Below are positions 10,917-21,408 of a stretch of 64,000 nucleotides of DNA, piece after piece (the stretch's first letter is position 1; every line of letters starts with the position of its first letter). The stretch spans positions 3,488,001-3,552,000 of the forward strand of contig CAWIAD010000002.1 of assembly GCA_963833985.1 (NCBI GenBank), written 5' to 3'. The DNA comes from an uncultured Planctomycetaceae bacterium (GTDB taxonomy: Bacteria; Planctomycetota; Planctomycetia; Isosphaerales; Isosphaeraceae). The notes beneath the pieces are model-generated. The model saw only the letters and a list, made by a program, of their open reading frames with translations. It made no database searches and had not been told where the DNA came from. The translations under genes and the position numbers were made by a program.

Positions 10917-12412
10917 TCAGGTTGCGGAGGGCTTGGTACCGAGCATCACGAGCGTCTCTGCGATGCGGGCCCGGCAGGTATCCCGGCCCAGGATGAACAG
11001 GCAGTCGTAGAGGCCAGGGCCGACGCCCTGCCCGGTGGTCGCCACGCGCAAGGGGTTCACCACGTCGCCCATCTTGCGGCCCGACCGCTCGGCGTATTCG
11101 TGCACGGCCTGCTCAAGCGTTGCCAGGTTGTAAGGTTCCACCTCGGCCAGGACCGCGTCCAGCTCGGCGAGCATGCCAGGCACGCCCTCCTTGCGGAGCC
11201 GCTTCTTCACCGCGTCCGGATCGTGGGTCAGTTCCGCCGTGAAGAAGAACCGGCCCAGCTTGACGATATCGGAGAAGGTCTTCAGCCGGTCGCCGAGCGC
11301 CAGGATGACCGCCTCGATCTTCGCCCGCTCGGCGTCGGTGGCCGGGTCGGCAACCAGGCCCGCGCTCTTCAGAAAGGGGATCACTCCGGCGACCTTGCGG
11401 TCGAGCGGGAGCATCTTCATCCACTCGCCCTCGATCCAGAACAGCTTGTCCTGGTCGTGGCTGGCCGGCGAGCTGTTGACTCGCTCGAGCGTGAACTTCT
11501 CGATCAGCTCGGGCCGCATGAAGATCTCCTGCGTACCGTCATAGCTCCATCCCAGCCGCGCCAGGTAGTTGAGCACCGCGTCGGGCAGGTAGCCGCGCTC
11601 GATGTAATGGTGCAGGTAAACGAGCACGCCCTTCTTTTCGTACTCCTCGATCTTGCGCTTCGACATCTTCGCCTTCGACCCCGGCTCGGCCACATAGGGA
11701 ACGTGAGCGAACGCCGGCAGGGCGGCCCCGAGCGCCTCGAAGACCAGGAGCTGAGGGAACGTATTGGAGAGGTGCTCCTCCGCGCGGACGACATGCGTGA
11801 TCTGCATGGCGATGTCGTCCACCACGCTGGCGAAGTTATACAGCGGCGAGCCATCCGGCCGGACCACCACGAAGTCGCCGATCTCATCGGTGGAGAACGA
11901 AACGTCCCCCTTGATCAAGTCGTGGACCACGAGGGTGCGCCCCAGGGGAACCTGGAACCGCAAGGCATAAGGCCGGCCCTCGCTCGCATAGCGGGCTTCT
12001 TGCTCGGGCGCCAGCGGCAGCCGGCGGAACCGGTACGCGCGTTTGCGCGCTCGGCAGCGGCCTTCTCGGCGGCTCGCTCCGGCTCCGTGCTGTAGTCACG
12101 ATAGACGTGGCCGGAGGCGACCAGGCGCTCGACGGCCGCGCGATAGTGATCAGCCCGTTGCGACTGGTAGTACGGACCATGCGGACCACCCCTGTCCGGG
12201 CCCTCGTCCCAGTCGATACCGATCCAGCGAAAGCCGTCCAGAATCTTCTGGACCGCGTCCTCGACGTGCCGCTCCTGGTCGGTGTCGTCGATCCGCAGCA
12301 GGAACTGTCCCCCCGAGTGCCGGGCCAGCAGCCAGTTGAAGAGGGCCGTCCGCACACCGCCAATATGAAGGAAGCCTGTGGGACTGGGAGCGAAGCGGGT
12401 GCGTACGGTCAT
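10917..12412 (-). CDS. gltX: Glutamate-tRNA ligase, frameshift near 12043
   Basis: [26 protein letters not shown]; frames join if one base is added to the A-run at 12042-12044. Confidence 0.95.
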
Positions 12413-12876
12413 GGGGCGTCTTCGAGAGCCTCGGGCAAGTCGTTGACAGCCAGTAGCTTGCCTGCATGAGGCGGCCTGGCGGAATGCGAATCGGCGTCGC
12501 CGAACTGGACTCACGATAGGATCTGGGGCCGTGGCTGTCAACGCACCGCGCGGGCAAGCGGTGCGCAGCACTTCACTCACACCCGGCGAACCAGATGCCC
12601 GGCAGCCGGCGTTCTCTTCCACGCGCTCCCTGCGCCGGCATGTGCGCTGTCCGCCGGGCTAACCCCCGCGGTCGGAGACTCACGTCCGCTTCGCATCGAT
12701 GTTCCAGTGCAGGCGCTGGAGGGGTTCCGCGTTCCGCGAGCGCCGCGGACAATGACTGGCTTTCGCAGGGGGTTGCGCGGTACCTTCTTCCGGTCACATG
12801 ATCGCCGGACTGCGCGGGATGCCGATCGGGCTGATGCGCGCTGCGATACGGCTTCCTGTAAGCCCAGGAGAGTGCG

Positions 12877-13455
12877 ATGATCAGGATCTTGCTCGGCGGC
12901 GTTGTCGGGGGAATCGTCCTCTTCTTCTGGGGATTCGTGGCGCACATGCTGCTTCCCCTTGGAGAGCTGGGCCTGAAGACCCTGCCGAAGGAGGACGACC
13001 TGGTTGCTGCGATCAAGAAGGAGGTCGGCGAACCGGGGCTGTACTTCGTGCCTGGAAGAGACATGAACAAGTCTCAGTCCCAGGAGGAGATGGAAGCGTA
13101 CATGACGAAGATCACCAGCGGTCCTTACGGCTTCATGGTACTTTACCCCAACGGGCGCGACCCGTCCCTGGGGAAGCGCTTGCCCATCGAGCTTGGAACC
13201 AACATCGTCTGCGCTCTCCTGGCCGCCATCCTCGTGTCTCAGATCCGTCCCGGTTTCCCGGTGCGGGTGACGTGTGTGACCCTCGTCGGCATTCTCGCCT
13301 CCGTCATGACCCTGGTGCCCTACTGGAACTGGTACGGCTTCCCGACCGATTACACCCTGGCCCAGATCGCAGAGAATACCATTGGCTGGCTGCTGGCGGG
13401 TGCTGCGCTCGCCCTCATCGTACGCAGCCCGACCATGAAGCCGGAGATGGCTTGA
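12877..13455 (+). CDS. Hypothetical multi-pass membrane protein
   Basis: 192 aa with about 4 hydrophobic segments; RBS aggag. Confidence 0.8.
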   Translation: MIRILLGGVVGGIVLFFWGFVAHMLLPLGELGLKTLPKEDDLVAAIKKEVGEPGLYFVPGRDMNKSQSQEEMEAYMTKITSGPYGFMVLYPNGRDPSLGKRLPIELGTNIVCALLAAILVSQIRPGFPVRVTCVTLVGILASVMTLVPYWNWYGFPTDYTLAQIAENTIGWLLAGAALALIVRSPTMKPEMA

Positions 13456-13489
13456 TTGGTGATGCCGGGGTCCGCGTCGGAGTCATCTC

Positions 13490-14008
13490 ATGCAGGTCCA
13501 ATCCGCCCTCAAGTCTCAGTATCATGCGGCGCTGAAGACTCTCCGTGAGGCGGTCGACAGGTGTCCGGACACAATGTGGTCCCACTCCGACGACGGCTCC
13601 GCCCCGTTCTGGCGTGTGGCCTACCACACGTTGTTCTTCACGCACCTGTACCTCCAGCAGGAACAGAAGGCGTTCACGCCCTGGTCAAGGCATCGCAACG
13701 AGGCGCAATACATCGCCAGCGTGCCCTGGGAGGACCACCGTCCGCCGAAGCCGTGTGAGCCGTACACGCGCACGGACATTCTGGAATACTGGCGGGAGTG
13801 CGATGACATGGTCGATGCCGGCATCGATGCCCTGGACCTGTCGGCCCCACAGTGCGGCTTCCCCTGGTACCAGATGTCGACCTTCGAGCACCAGATCCTG
13901 AACATCCGGCACGTCCAGCATCACGCGGCCGTGCTGTCGAGCCGGCTGCGGCGAGCGGCCGGCATCGCGGTCCCCTGGGTCGGCCGCGGATCGCCATCCG
14001 AAGAGTGA
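13490..14008 (+). CDS. DinB-family protein
   Basis: CPDTMW, FWRVAYHTLF, NIRHVQHH metal-binding His pattern. Confidence 0.8.
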   Translation: MQVQSALKSQYHAALKTLREAVDRCPDTMWSHSDDGSAPFWRVAYHTLFFTHLYLQQEQKAFTPWSRHRNEAQYIASVPWEDHRPPKPCEPYTRTDILEYWRECDDMVDAGIDALDLSAPQCGFPWYQMSTFEHQILNIRHVQHHAAVLSSRLRRAAGIAVPWVGRGSPSEE

Positions 14009-14181
14009 ACGGACCGGTCTTCTCGACGTCCACGGACCCCGGGGGCAGCGATCGCTGCAAGCCGAAGAGAGACTCCATCGAGGTTGCGGGCGGCGGTCCA
14101 TGGGCTGGTCCGGTTTCCGCCCCGGCCACGGCCTGCCTCGTGAAACCGGCGTTCATGGAATTCCGAAAGGCCCTGATCAAG

Positions 14182-14916
14182 ATGAGTGTTCAACCCGCGC
14201 AGGACGGTTCAAGCCAGCGCCATCGGCTGGATCATGGAAGGATCATCGAGTGTGCCGAGACGCTGGCGCGGCGCGTGAGCGATCGCCTGCCGCAGAGCCA
14301 GCTCGCGGAGCTGGCCCACGAACTGCTGCGGATCGCCCGCGTCACCGACGCGCGCGCCAGGCAGGCGCGGCAGCCCATCTACACGATCAGGGCCGCCTGT
14401 GCCGGGGCGATCGTCGTCTGCCTGTCGGCGTTCGGTTATCTCTTCTGGCATGTTCGTACGCGCTGGGAGTTCGCCACGATCACGGAGCTGTTCGAGGCGA
14501 CCGATGCCGGTTTCAACGTCCTGGTGATGCTTGCAGGCGCGCTCTGGTTTTTGGTCACGCTCGAAAACCGCGTGAAGCGAAACCGGGCCATGGCGTCTCT
14601 TGGAGAGCTGCTCGACCTGATCCACGTCATCGATCTCACGCAGATCTACTACACGCCGGAGCTTTACCAGGACGAAACCCTGCCGGCACGCAGCCCGTTC
14701 TCCTTCGACCATACCTATCTGCTGTTCTGCACGGAGATGCTCGCGGTGATCCGCAACCTCGCTCCGCTGTACGCCAGGGGGAGCGTGAGCGACTCGATCT
14801 GGCGAGCGGTCTCGGAAGTCGTGATGCTGGCCAACGCCATCGAGGATCGGCTCTTCTCCAAGGCCGAGGTCGTTCGCCTGGCTACGGCGGCGGCGAGGGT
14901 CACGGAGACGAGCTGA
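14182..14916 (+). CDS. Hypothetical membrane protein
   Basis: Two TM helices, HVIDLTQ motif; the upstream part of the listed ORF overlaps dinB and is probably not translated. Confidence 0.7.
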   Translation: MSVQPAQDGSSQRHRLDHGRIIECAETLARRVSDRLPQSQLAELAHELLRIARVTDARARQARQPIYTIRAACAGAIVVCLSAFGYLFWHVRTRWEFATITELFEATDAGFNVLVMLAGALWFLVTLENRVKRNRAMASLGELLDLIHVIDLTQIYYTPELYQDETLPARSPFSFDHTYLLFCTEMLAVIRNLAPLYARGSVSDSIWRAVSEVVMLANAIEDRLFSKAEVVRLATAAARVTETS

Positions 14917-15036
14917 GGCGCGTTGGATTCGGCGATCGGGCCCCTGAGCCGGCAGTCTGTCGAACGGCGCCGCGGTGCCGCGCTTCATCGTTCTGTGCCG
15001 GCACGGCGGGAAAAGCGGGCTGGCCGAATGGTGCTT

Positions 15037-15777
15037 TCATGCGGTTTCTCCTGCCCCGGGGCGGTCGAGCGCTGACCATCCAAAGTTCAGAAGCGGCAGC
15101 GCGGCCTCGGCGAACCCGGCGATTTCCTGGATCAGGCGTGGCCGGCCCAGGATATCCTCGGAGAGGGGCCGCTTGACGACGAAGGACCTGAGCTTCACGT
15201 TCTCTGCCGCGGGACCGTCCGCAACGTGCTCGAAGCCGCGCGGCAGGCGCTTCAGAGCGTCTTCGCGGCCCAGCGTCAGCCGGGCCTTCCGGAGCGCTTG
15301 CTCCACCCGCTGGAATTCGTCCGGAGAACCGGCGATCGACCGCCGCAGGGCAAGGAGCGGCCCGGCCTCCGGGCAGTAGAAGCCGGCCGCGGTGAACGAC
15401 CCCTCTGGCGCGACGTGAATGTAGAGCAAGCCTGGAGAGCTCTTGGATCCGTCGCGCGTGAGCACCGCGCCGGCGTGGGTCTTGTAGGGGCTCTTGTCGC
15501 TGGAGAAGCGGACGTCGCGGTGGATCCGGAAGATCGACCGCTTCGGATCGCCGATCAAGGGGATGTCTCGCCGCGCGAGCTCTGCCGCCAGGGCCGTGAC
15601 GAGCGCCGCCATCGGCCGCTGGACTTCCTGTTCGTAGATCGCCTGGTGCTCCTGAAACCACGCCCGGTCCTGGTGCAGGGCGAGGTCGTGGAAGAACCCT
15701 AATGCCTGCGGGGCGAATCCCTGAAACGGCTCCGGCGCGTGGTCGGCTGGTGCGGGCTTGCTGGGCGTGCGAGGCAT
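15037..15777 (-). CDS. DUF2461 / TIGR02453 family protein
   Basis: AWFQEH, FRIHRDVRFSSDKSPYKTH, LKRLPRGF. Confidence 0.9.
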   Translation of the reverse strand: MPRTPSKPAPADHAPEPFQGFAPQALGFFHDLALHQDRAWFQEHQAIYEQEVQRPMAALVTALAAELARRDIPLIGDPKRSIFRIHRDVRFSSDKSPYKTHAGAVLTRDGSKSSPGLLYIHVAPEGSFTAAGFYCPEAGPLLALRRSIAGSPDEFQRVEQALRKARLTLGREDALKRLPRGFEHVADGPAAENVKLRSFVVKRPLSEDILGRPRLIQEIAGFAEAALPLLNFGWSALDRPGAGETA

Positions 15778-15858
15778 GCGCGTGCTCCCTCAAAACGTGG
15801 GCGGCCAGAAGTGGGCGGCCAGAAGAATGATCCTAAATAGGTCCACACCACCTGGAAA

Positions 15859-15910
15859 GTGGGACAGCCGCCCTCGGCTGTCGTTCCCAGCCGAGGGCGG
15901 CTGGGCCACA
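15859..15910. repeat. Inverted pair of REP-like palindromes
   Basis: GTGGGACAGCCGCCCTCGGCTG...CAGCCGAGGGCGGCTGGGCCAC; 16-bp perfect stem. Confidence 0.7.
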
Positions 15911-16192
15911 CTTTCCCGTTTCCAAGCTTCTATTTAGCGGAACGGAGACGTGATCGCCCGTCCCGGGCGCGGGCAAATAGACGAAAACCCGTTCGATGAA
16001 GCGGCGTGCCCGCGGCCCGAATTGACCGATCGCTTCCCCTCAATCCCGGCAATCGCCAATAATAAGAGATCCGGACAGGCGAACATGATGGCAAGGAGAT
16101 CGGATTGCGCGCGAAGATTTGCCTGCGGACGATCTCTGGTGTTCCAATCATTCAGGGCGTCGACGACATCGCGAGCAACGGGAGCCCCTGAC

Positions 16193-17863
16193 GTGTCTGA
16201 CGGTGAAGGCCTCAAGCGAGTTTACGGGATTGACCTGGGAACGACGTACTCGGCCATCGCGTACGTGGACGAGCACGGCAAGGCGGTGATCGTCCCCAAC
16301 CAGGAGAGCGAGCGGATCACGCCCTCGGTCGTGCTTTTCGACGGCGACAACATCATCGTGGGCAACACCGCCAAGGAGTCGGCCAAGGTCGAGCCGCACC
16401 GGGTCGTCTCGCGCATCAAGCAGCACATGGGCGACCCGAATTTCGTCTTCCAGTACTCGGGGCAATCGTTTGGCCCCGAGGACATCTCGTCGTTCATCCT
16501 CCGCAAGGTGGCGGGCGACGCCCAGATCGTCACCGGTGAGGCGATCACCGACGTCGTCATCACCTGCCCGGCCTACTTCGGTACGCCCGAGCGCGAGGCG
16601 ACCGCCAACGCCGGACGCCTGGCGGGGCTGAACGTGCGCGCCATCCTGAATGAGCCGACGGCGGCGGCCATTGCCTACGGCCTGGAGCAGGGGGAGGACC
16701 AGACGGTCCTGGTGTACGACCTGGGCGGAGGCACGTTCGACATCACGATGATCGAGATCAAGGATCGACTCATCCGCGTGATCTGCACCGGCGGCGATCA
16801 TCGCCTGGGAGGCGTGCTCTGGGACGAGGCCATCGTCATGTACCTGGCCGAGCAGTTCCGGCAGCAGACCGCCGAGGAATCGGACCCGCTGGACGATCCG
16901 GAAGTCCTCAATGACCTGTTCCTCCAGGCAGAGCGCGGCAAGAAGACGCTCACCCAGCGCGAGAAGGCGCCATTCCGGGTGACCCACGCCGGCAAGCAGG
17001 CCCGCGTCGAGCTCGACCGCCCCAAGTTCGAGGAGATCACGCGGCACCTGCTGGACCGCACCGTCGAGCTGACGCGCGAGATGCTTGCAGACGCCCGTAC
17101 CAAGGGCCACACAACGTTTGACAAGGTCATCCTGGTGGGCGGAGCGACGCGCATGCCTCAGGTCAATGACCGCCTGGTCGCCGAGTTCAATCTTCAGCCC
17201 GAGATCTACGATCCCGATGAGGCCGTGGCCAAGGGTGCCGCGCTCTACGGGCTGAAGGAGTCGCTGCACGACGAGGTCCAGGAGATTCTCGCGAGCCGCG
17301 AGCTGGGCCAGGCCGGCGTCACCGGCCCGATCGACCTGAGCGACGTCCCCGAACAAGCGGTCGCCGAGGCGCTCGACCACCTGGAGAAGCAGCTCGGGTT
17401 CACGCTCACCGGACCGGTGCGCGAGCTGGTGGGCACGCGCATCGTGAACGTCCTGTCCAAGAGCCTGGGCGTGGTGGCGCGCGACCAGGAGAGCCGGGAC
17501 GTGGTCGTCTACCTCTTGCCTCGCAACACCGAGGTGCCCATGGAGCGGATGAGCGACTTCGGCACCGACGCCGACAACCAGTCGGCCGTTGACATCCGGG
17601 TCATGTCCGGCGAACGCGACAGTACCGAGCCGGCGGACTGCCAGGAAGTCGGCGTCGCCACGCTCAACCTCCCCGAAAAGCTTCCCGCACGCAGCCCCAT
17701 CCGCGTCAAGTTCGCCATCAACCAGGACGGCCGCCTGAACGTCTCGGCCGTGGACCTGACTGCCGGCGGCTCGATCGACGTCGAGTTCCAGACCGAGGCC
17801 GTGATGAACGCCGAGCAGGTCGAGGAACGATCCACGGCGCTGCGGTTGTTGACGGTGTCATGA
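16193..17863 (+). CDS. Atypical Hsp70-family protein (NBD + SBD-beta, no helical lid)
   Basis: [47 protein letters not shown] start after ggag. Confidence 0.9.
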   Translation: MSDGEGLKRVYGIDLGTTYSAIAYVDEHGKAVIVPNQESERITPSVVLFDGDNIIVGNTAKESAKVEPHRVVSRIKQHMGDPNFVFQYSGQSFGPEDISSFILRKVAGDAQIVTGEAITDVVITCPAYFGTPEREATANAGRLAGLNVRAILNEPTAAAIAYGLEQGEDQTVLVYDLGGGTFDITMIEIKDRLIRVICTGGDHRLGGVLWDEAIVMYLAEQFRQQTAEESDPLDDPEVLNDLFLQAERGKKTLTQREKAPFRVTHAGKQARVELDRPKFEEITRHLLDRTVELTREMLADARTKGHTTFDKVILVGGATRMPQVNDRLVAEFNLQPEIYDPDEAVAKGAALYGLKESLHDEVQEILASRELGQAGVTGPIDLSDVPEQAVAEALDHLEKQLGFTLTGPVRELVGTRIVNVLSKSLGVVARDQESRDVVVYLLPRNTEVPMERMSDFGTDADNQSAVDIRVMSGERDSTEPADCQEVGVATLNLPEKLPARSPIRVKFAINQDGRLNVSAVDLTAGGSIDVEFQTEAVMNAEQVEERSTALRLLTVS

Positions 17864-17874
17864 AGGAGAAAGGA

Positions 17875-18018
17875 ATGTCGACCGCGGAGACCGCAGCTTT
17901 CATACGCGATGACCAACCCGGCACCGACACCCAGTGGGCCAGGGCCCTCCGGCAATGGGTGCGCGAAACGATCCTGCGGCGGGCACGATCCGCCGACCAG
18001 GGGTCCAGGAATCCATGA
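17875..18018 (+). pseudogene. 47-aa internally deleted Uma2-like remnant
   Basis: MSTAETAAFIRDDQPGTDTQWARALRQWVRETILRR matches the C-termini of the two neighbouring Uma2 proteins; strong RBS; ATGA overlap with the next gene. Confidence 0.65.
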
Positions 18019-18383
18019 CATCATCCCTGGCGGGGCAACTCGACGAGATCATCCGGCGCCTCGTTGCTGAGCTTGATCCGGATCGTGTCATGCTCTTCGG
18101 GTCGCACGCGTGGGGCCATCACGCCGAGGACAGCGACGTCGATCTTCTCGTCATCATCCCGGAGACGAAGGAACCTTCCGCATCGCGGGCTGCCCGGGCC
18201 CACCGCTGCTTGCGGGGCATTCCCCTTGCCATGGACCTGATCGTCAAGACGCGACAGGAGATGGACCGCTTCGGCGGCGTCGCGGGTTCCCTTGAAGCCG
18301 AGATTCTCAGCCGGGGAAAGGTTTTGTATGGACGAAGCGAAACGAGAGCTCGTGCAGAGCTGGCTCCGCAAGGCCGTCCATGA
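18015..18383 (+). CDS. Minimal nucleotidyltransferase (MNT) antitoxin 1
   Basis: LFGSHAWGHHAEDSDVDL (GS-x10-DxD). Confidence 0.88.
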   Translation: MTSSLAGQLDEIIRRLVAELDPDRVMLFGSHAWGHHAEDSDVDLLVIIPETKEPSASRAARAHRCLRGIPLAMDLIVKTRQEMDRFGGVAGSLEAEILSRGKVLYGRSETRARAELAPQGRP

Positions 18384-18741
18384 CCTGAAGGCGGCCGGAT
18401 TGCTGGGCAAGAGCGACCCTCCACTCCTGGACGCGGCATTGTATCATTGTCAGGAAGCCGCGGAGAAAGCACTGAAAGGGTTTCTGGTCTACTTTGACCA
18501 GAGAGCGGGTCAGGTTCATGACGTTGGTCTTCTTCTGGAGCAGGCCGGGTCGATTGAACCGGTGCTCGCGACCTGGCACGACGCGGCCGATCGCCTCACT
18601 CCGCTCGCAGCCATGTATCGATACCCGATTTCATGGGACGAGCCTTTGCCGGAGCAATTCGAGGAAGCCTACCAGGATGCGGAGACGATCGTCAGACAGG
18701 TCCTCACGTTCTTACCCGGTGTCGTCCGTCCCGAGGCCTGA
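18328..18741 (+). CDS. HEPN-domain protein 1
   Basis: WLRKAVHDL, YHCQEAAEKALKG, HDV, RYP; overlaps MNT by 56 bp. Confidence 0.88.
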   Translation: MDEAKRELVQSWLRKAVHDLKAAGLLGKSDPPLLDAALYHCQEAAEKALKGFLVYFDQRAGQVHDVGLLLEQAGSIEPVLATWHDAADRLTPLAAMYRYPISWDEPLPEQFEEAYQDAETIVRQVLTFLPGVVRPEA

Positions 18742-18843
18742 AAAGGAACCCGACCATGGCAACCGCCCTTGAGACTGCGGCCAGAACCGGCGCCGGCGAA
18801 CAACGCGTGCTCATCCGCGGGGTCGGCTGGCAGGGCTACCAGG
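18605..18843 (+). repeat. 239-bp direct repeat, copy 1 (HEPN1 3' end plus uma2 5' end)
   Basis: Near-identical to 19627-19865. Confidence 0.92.
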
Positions 18844-19460
18844 AACTGCTGCGGATGGTAGGAAACCAACCGGTTCGCCTTACCTACGACCGGGGAGAAG
18901 TGGAGCTCATGTCGCCGCTGTACCGGCACGAAAGAAATCGCACACGCCTGGCTCGAATCGTCGAAATCCTGGCCGAGGAGTTGGGCATTCCCCTCATTGC
19001 CGCCGGTTCGACCACTCTCAATCGCGAGGACCTCGATCGCGGTCTCGAGGCAGACGCCGCGTTCTACCTGGGCGATCTGACGCGGATCAAAGACCGGGAT
19101 GAGCTTGATCTGGAGTCTGACCCGCCACCGGACCTTGCGATCGAGATCGAGATCACTCACTCTGTACTCAGCAGACTGGGTATCTACGGCGCGCTCGGTG
19201 TTCCCGAAATCTGGAGGTTCGACGGCAAGATCTTACGAATCCTCGCTCGCCAGGCGGACGGTTCTTATCGTGAGGCCCCCGGCAGCAAGTTCATGCCCTG
19301 GTTCTCGATCGCTGAGATCGCTCAATCCATGCGGCTCGAGGAGGACCGTGACGACAGCCAATGGGCTCGAGCGTTCCGAGCGTGGATCGCAGAGGTTGTG
19401 GCGCCGCGACTCAGGCAGGTCGACGATGATCGCACAGGGATTGCCAACGTGAGTACCTGA
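18756..19460 (+). CDS. Uma2-family (PD-(D/E)xK) endonuclease 1
   Basis: [45 protein letters not shown]. Confidence 0.9.
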   Translation: MATALETAARTGAGEQRVLIRGVGWQGYQELLRMVGNQPVRLTYDRGEVELMSPLYRHERNRTRLARIVEILAEELGIPLIAAGSTTLNREDLDRGLEADAAFYLGDLTRIKDRDELDLESDPPPDLAIEIEITHSVLSRLGIYGALGVPEIWRFDGKILRILARQADGSYREAPGSKFMPWFSIAEIAQSMRLEEDRDDSQWARAFRAWIAEVVAPRLRQVDDDRTGIANVST

Positions 19461-19626
19461 CATGTCTACCTTCGTCGGCATTGACCTGGGCACCACCAAC
19501 TCCGTCGTGGCGTATCGCAACCGCTACGGCCGTCCGGAGGTGATCGCCAACCGCGAGGGGCAGAACATCACGCCGTCGGTGACCTACTTCGGCAGTTCAC
19601 CCCTTCACTCAAGTCGGCGAGGCACA
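19461..19626 (+). repeat. Duplicated 5' end of the Hsp70-vWA gene (~134 bp) plus 32-bp tail, copy A
   Basis: Encodes [44 protein letters not shown]; matches 20460-20625 and 21650-21783. Confidence 0.95.
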
Positions 19627-19865
19627 TCGCAGCCATGTATCGATACCCGATTTCATGGGACGAGCCTTTGCCGGAGCAATTCGAGGAAGCCTACCAGGAT
19701 GCGGAGACGATTGTCAGACAGGTCCTCACCTTCTTACCCGGTGTCGTCCGTCCCGAGGCCTGAAAAGGAACCCGACCATGGCAACCGCCCTTGAGACTGC
19801 GGCCAGAACCGGCGCCGGCGAACAGCGCGTGCTCATCCGCGGGGTCGGCTGGCAGGGCTACCAGG
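19627..19865 (+). repeat. 239-bp direct repeat, copy 2
   Basis: Near-identical to 18605-18843; supplies the RBS and first ~29 codons of Uma2 #2. Confidence 0.92.
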
Positions 19866-20452
19866 CTCTCATGGAAATGGTGGCCGAACAGCCGCTCCGG
19901 CTCACCTACGATCAGGGAGATCTTGAGCTGATGTCGCCCTTGTTCAAGCATGAGCGCCATCGATGTCTCCTGGCCCGGATCGTGGAAATCATCACGGTTG
20001 AACTTCAGATACCGAGGCTCACCGCGGGGTCGACAACGCTGAAACGACAGGACCTTGACCGCGGACTGGAGGCCGACGCGGCGTTTTACCTGGGTGACCT
20101 GTCGCGCATCTCCAACCGGGATGATCTCAACCTCGATGTGGACCCACCACCCGATCTCGCCATCGAGGTCGAGATCACGCGATCGGTACTCAGCAGGCTA
20201 GGAATCTACGGGGCCCTGGGTGTTCCAGAGATCTGGAGATTCGATGGTCGAACGTTACGGATTCTCGAACGGCAGATCGATGGATCATATCAGGAAACCA
20301 CGACGAGTAAGGTATTACCCTTTGTTTCTGTCCATGAGATAATGCAATTGGCGACAGAGGACCAACCGGACGAGTCTCGCTGGGAGCTAAGCGTGAGGCA
20401 GTGGGTCCAGGATGTCGTCTTGCCCAGGCTCCCTCGGGACGGGAGTGAATGA
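19778..20452 (+). CDS. Uma2-family endonuclease 2
   Basis: Same motifs as Uma2 #1; identical N-terminus, divergent remainder. Confidence 0.9.
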   Translation: MATALETAARTGAGEQRVLIRGVGWQGYQALMEMVAEQPLRLTYDQGDLELMSPLFKHERHRCLLARIVEIITVELQIPRLTAGSTTLKRQDLDRGLEADAAFYLGDLSRISNRDDLNLDVDPPPDLAIEVEITRSVLSRLGIYGALGVPEIWRFDGRTLRILERQIDGSYQETTTSKVLPFVSVHEIMQLATEDQPDESRWELSVRQWVQDVVLPRLPRDGSE

Positions 20453-20459
20453 CCTCGGC

Positions 20460-20625
20460 CATGTCCACCTTCGTCGGCATTGACCTGGGCACCACCAACT
20501 CCGTCGTGGCGTATCGCAACCGCTACGGCCATCCGGAGGTGATCGCCAATCGCGAGGGGCAGAACATCACGCCGTCGGTGACCTACTTCGGCAGTTCACC
20601 CCTTCACTCGAGTCGGCGAGGCACA
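20460..20625 (+). repeat. Duplicated 5' end of the Hsp70-vWA gene plus 32-bp tail, copy B
   Basis: Differs from copy A at a few positions (tcc/tct, cat/cgt, aat/aac, g/a). Confidence 0.95.
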
Positions 20626-20678
20626 CGAGATCACCCAATGGGCGCACAAACCGGCAGTTGAGGAGCGAGAAGCTGACG

Positions 20679-21047
20679 ATGAGTGAACCGACCTGCGAAC
20701 CACTGGCCGAGATCACCCGGCGTCTGGTGGCCGAGCTCAATCCGGATCAAATCATTCTTTTCGGCTCGCGCGCGTGGGGACATCCCCGGGAGGATAGTGA
20801 TTACGATCTCTTCGTGGTTGTGCCTGAGGGTGGAATCGACGCGCTTCATCTCGCGGTCAAGGCGCATGAGTGCCTGAGCGACCTGGGCATCTCGAAGGAT
20901 GTGCTCGTCAGTACTCGGGAGAGGTTCGATCGCTTCAGTCGCGTCCCAGCTTCGCTGGAAGCGAAGATCCGCAGTCGAGGACTGGTGCTGTATGGACGAG
21001 GCCAAAAGGGAGCTGGTTCAACAATGGCTACGCAAGGCGTCGCATGA
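20679..21047 (+). CDS. MNT antitoxin 2
   Basis: LFGSRAWGHPREDSDYDL; RBS gagga. Confidence 0.88.
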   Translation: MSEPTCEPLAEITRRLVAELNPDQIILFGSRAWGHPREDSDYDLFVVVPEGGIDALHLAVKAHECLSDLGISKDVLVSTRERFDRFSRVPASLEAKIRSRGLVLYGRGQKGAGSTMATQGVA

Positions 21048-21408
21048 TCTGATCGCGGCTCGATCGCTCTCCCGAACAGAGCCGACTGTTAGGGACGTGG
21101 CGATTTATCATTGCCAGCAAGCGGCCGAGAAGGCCCTGAAAGCCTTTCTCGTCTTCAACGATCGGGAACCCGACCTGACTCACGATGTCGATCGACTCCT
21201 CGTTCAGGCTGCGGCCTTGAACTCCTCCTTCGCGGCGAGTCGACCGGCCGGCAGACGACTAACACCCTATGCAACACTGTATCGATATCCAAGTGGGAGC
21301 CTGGAGCCGAGCCTGGAACATCTCAACGAGGCTTTGCTTGATGCAGCCTCGATCTTCGATCAGACTCTTTCTTTCCTACCGGTGGACGTTCACCCTGACA
21401 GGGTTTGA
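20992..21408 (+). CDS. HEPN-domain protein 2
   Basis: MDEAKRELVQQWLRKASHDL, YHCQQAAEKALKA, THDV, RYP. Confidence 0.88.
   Translation: MDEAKRELVQQWLRKASHDLIAARSLSRTEPTVRDVAIYHCQQAAEKALKAFLVFNDREPDLTHDVDRLLVQAAALNSSFAASRPAGRRLTPYATLYRYPSGSLEPSLEHLNEALLDAASIFDQTLSFLPVDVHPDRV

Noticed and set aside
11915..12622. Programmed frameshifting or true pseudogenisation of gltX
   Set aside because: A one-base homopolymer shortfall, and similar indels occur throughout the window.
19462..19794. 110-aa and 70-aa (20449-20661) 'Hsp70' ORFs as real genes
   Set aside because: They are truncated gene-start duplicates running into out-of-frame sequence.
18605..20452. Diversity-generating retroelement TR/VR pair
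   Set aside because: No reverse transcriptase in the window, and the differences between repeat copies are few and not adenine-specific.
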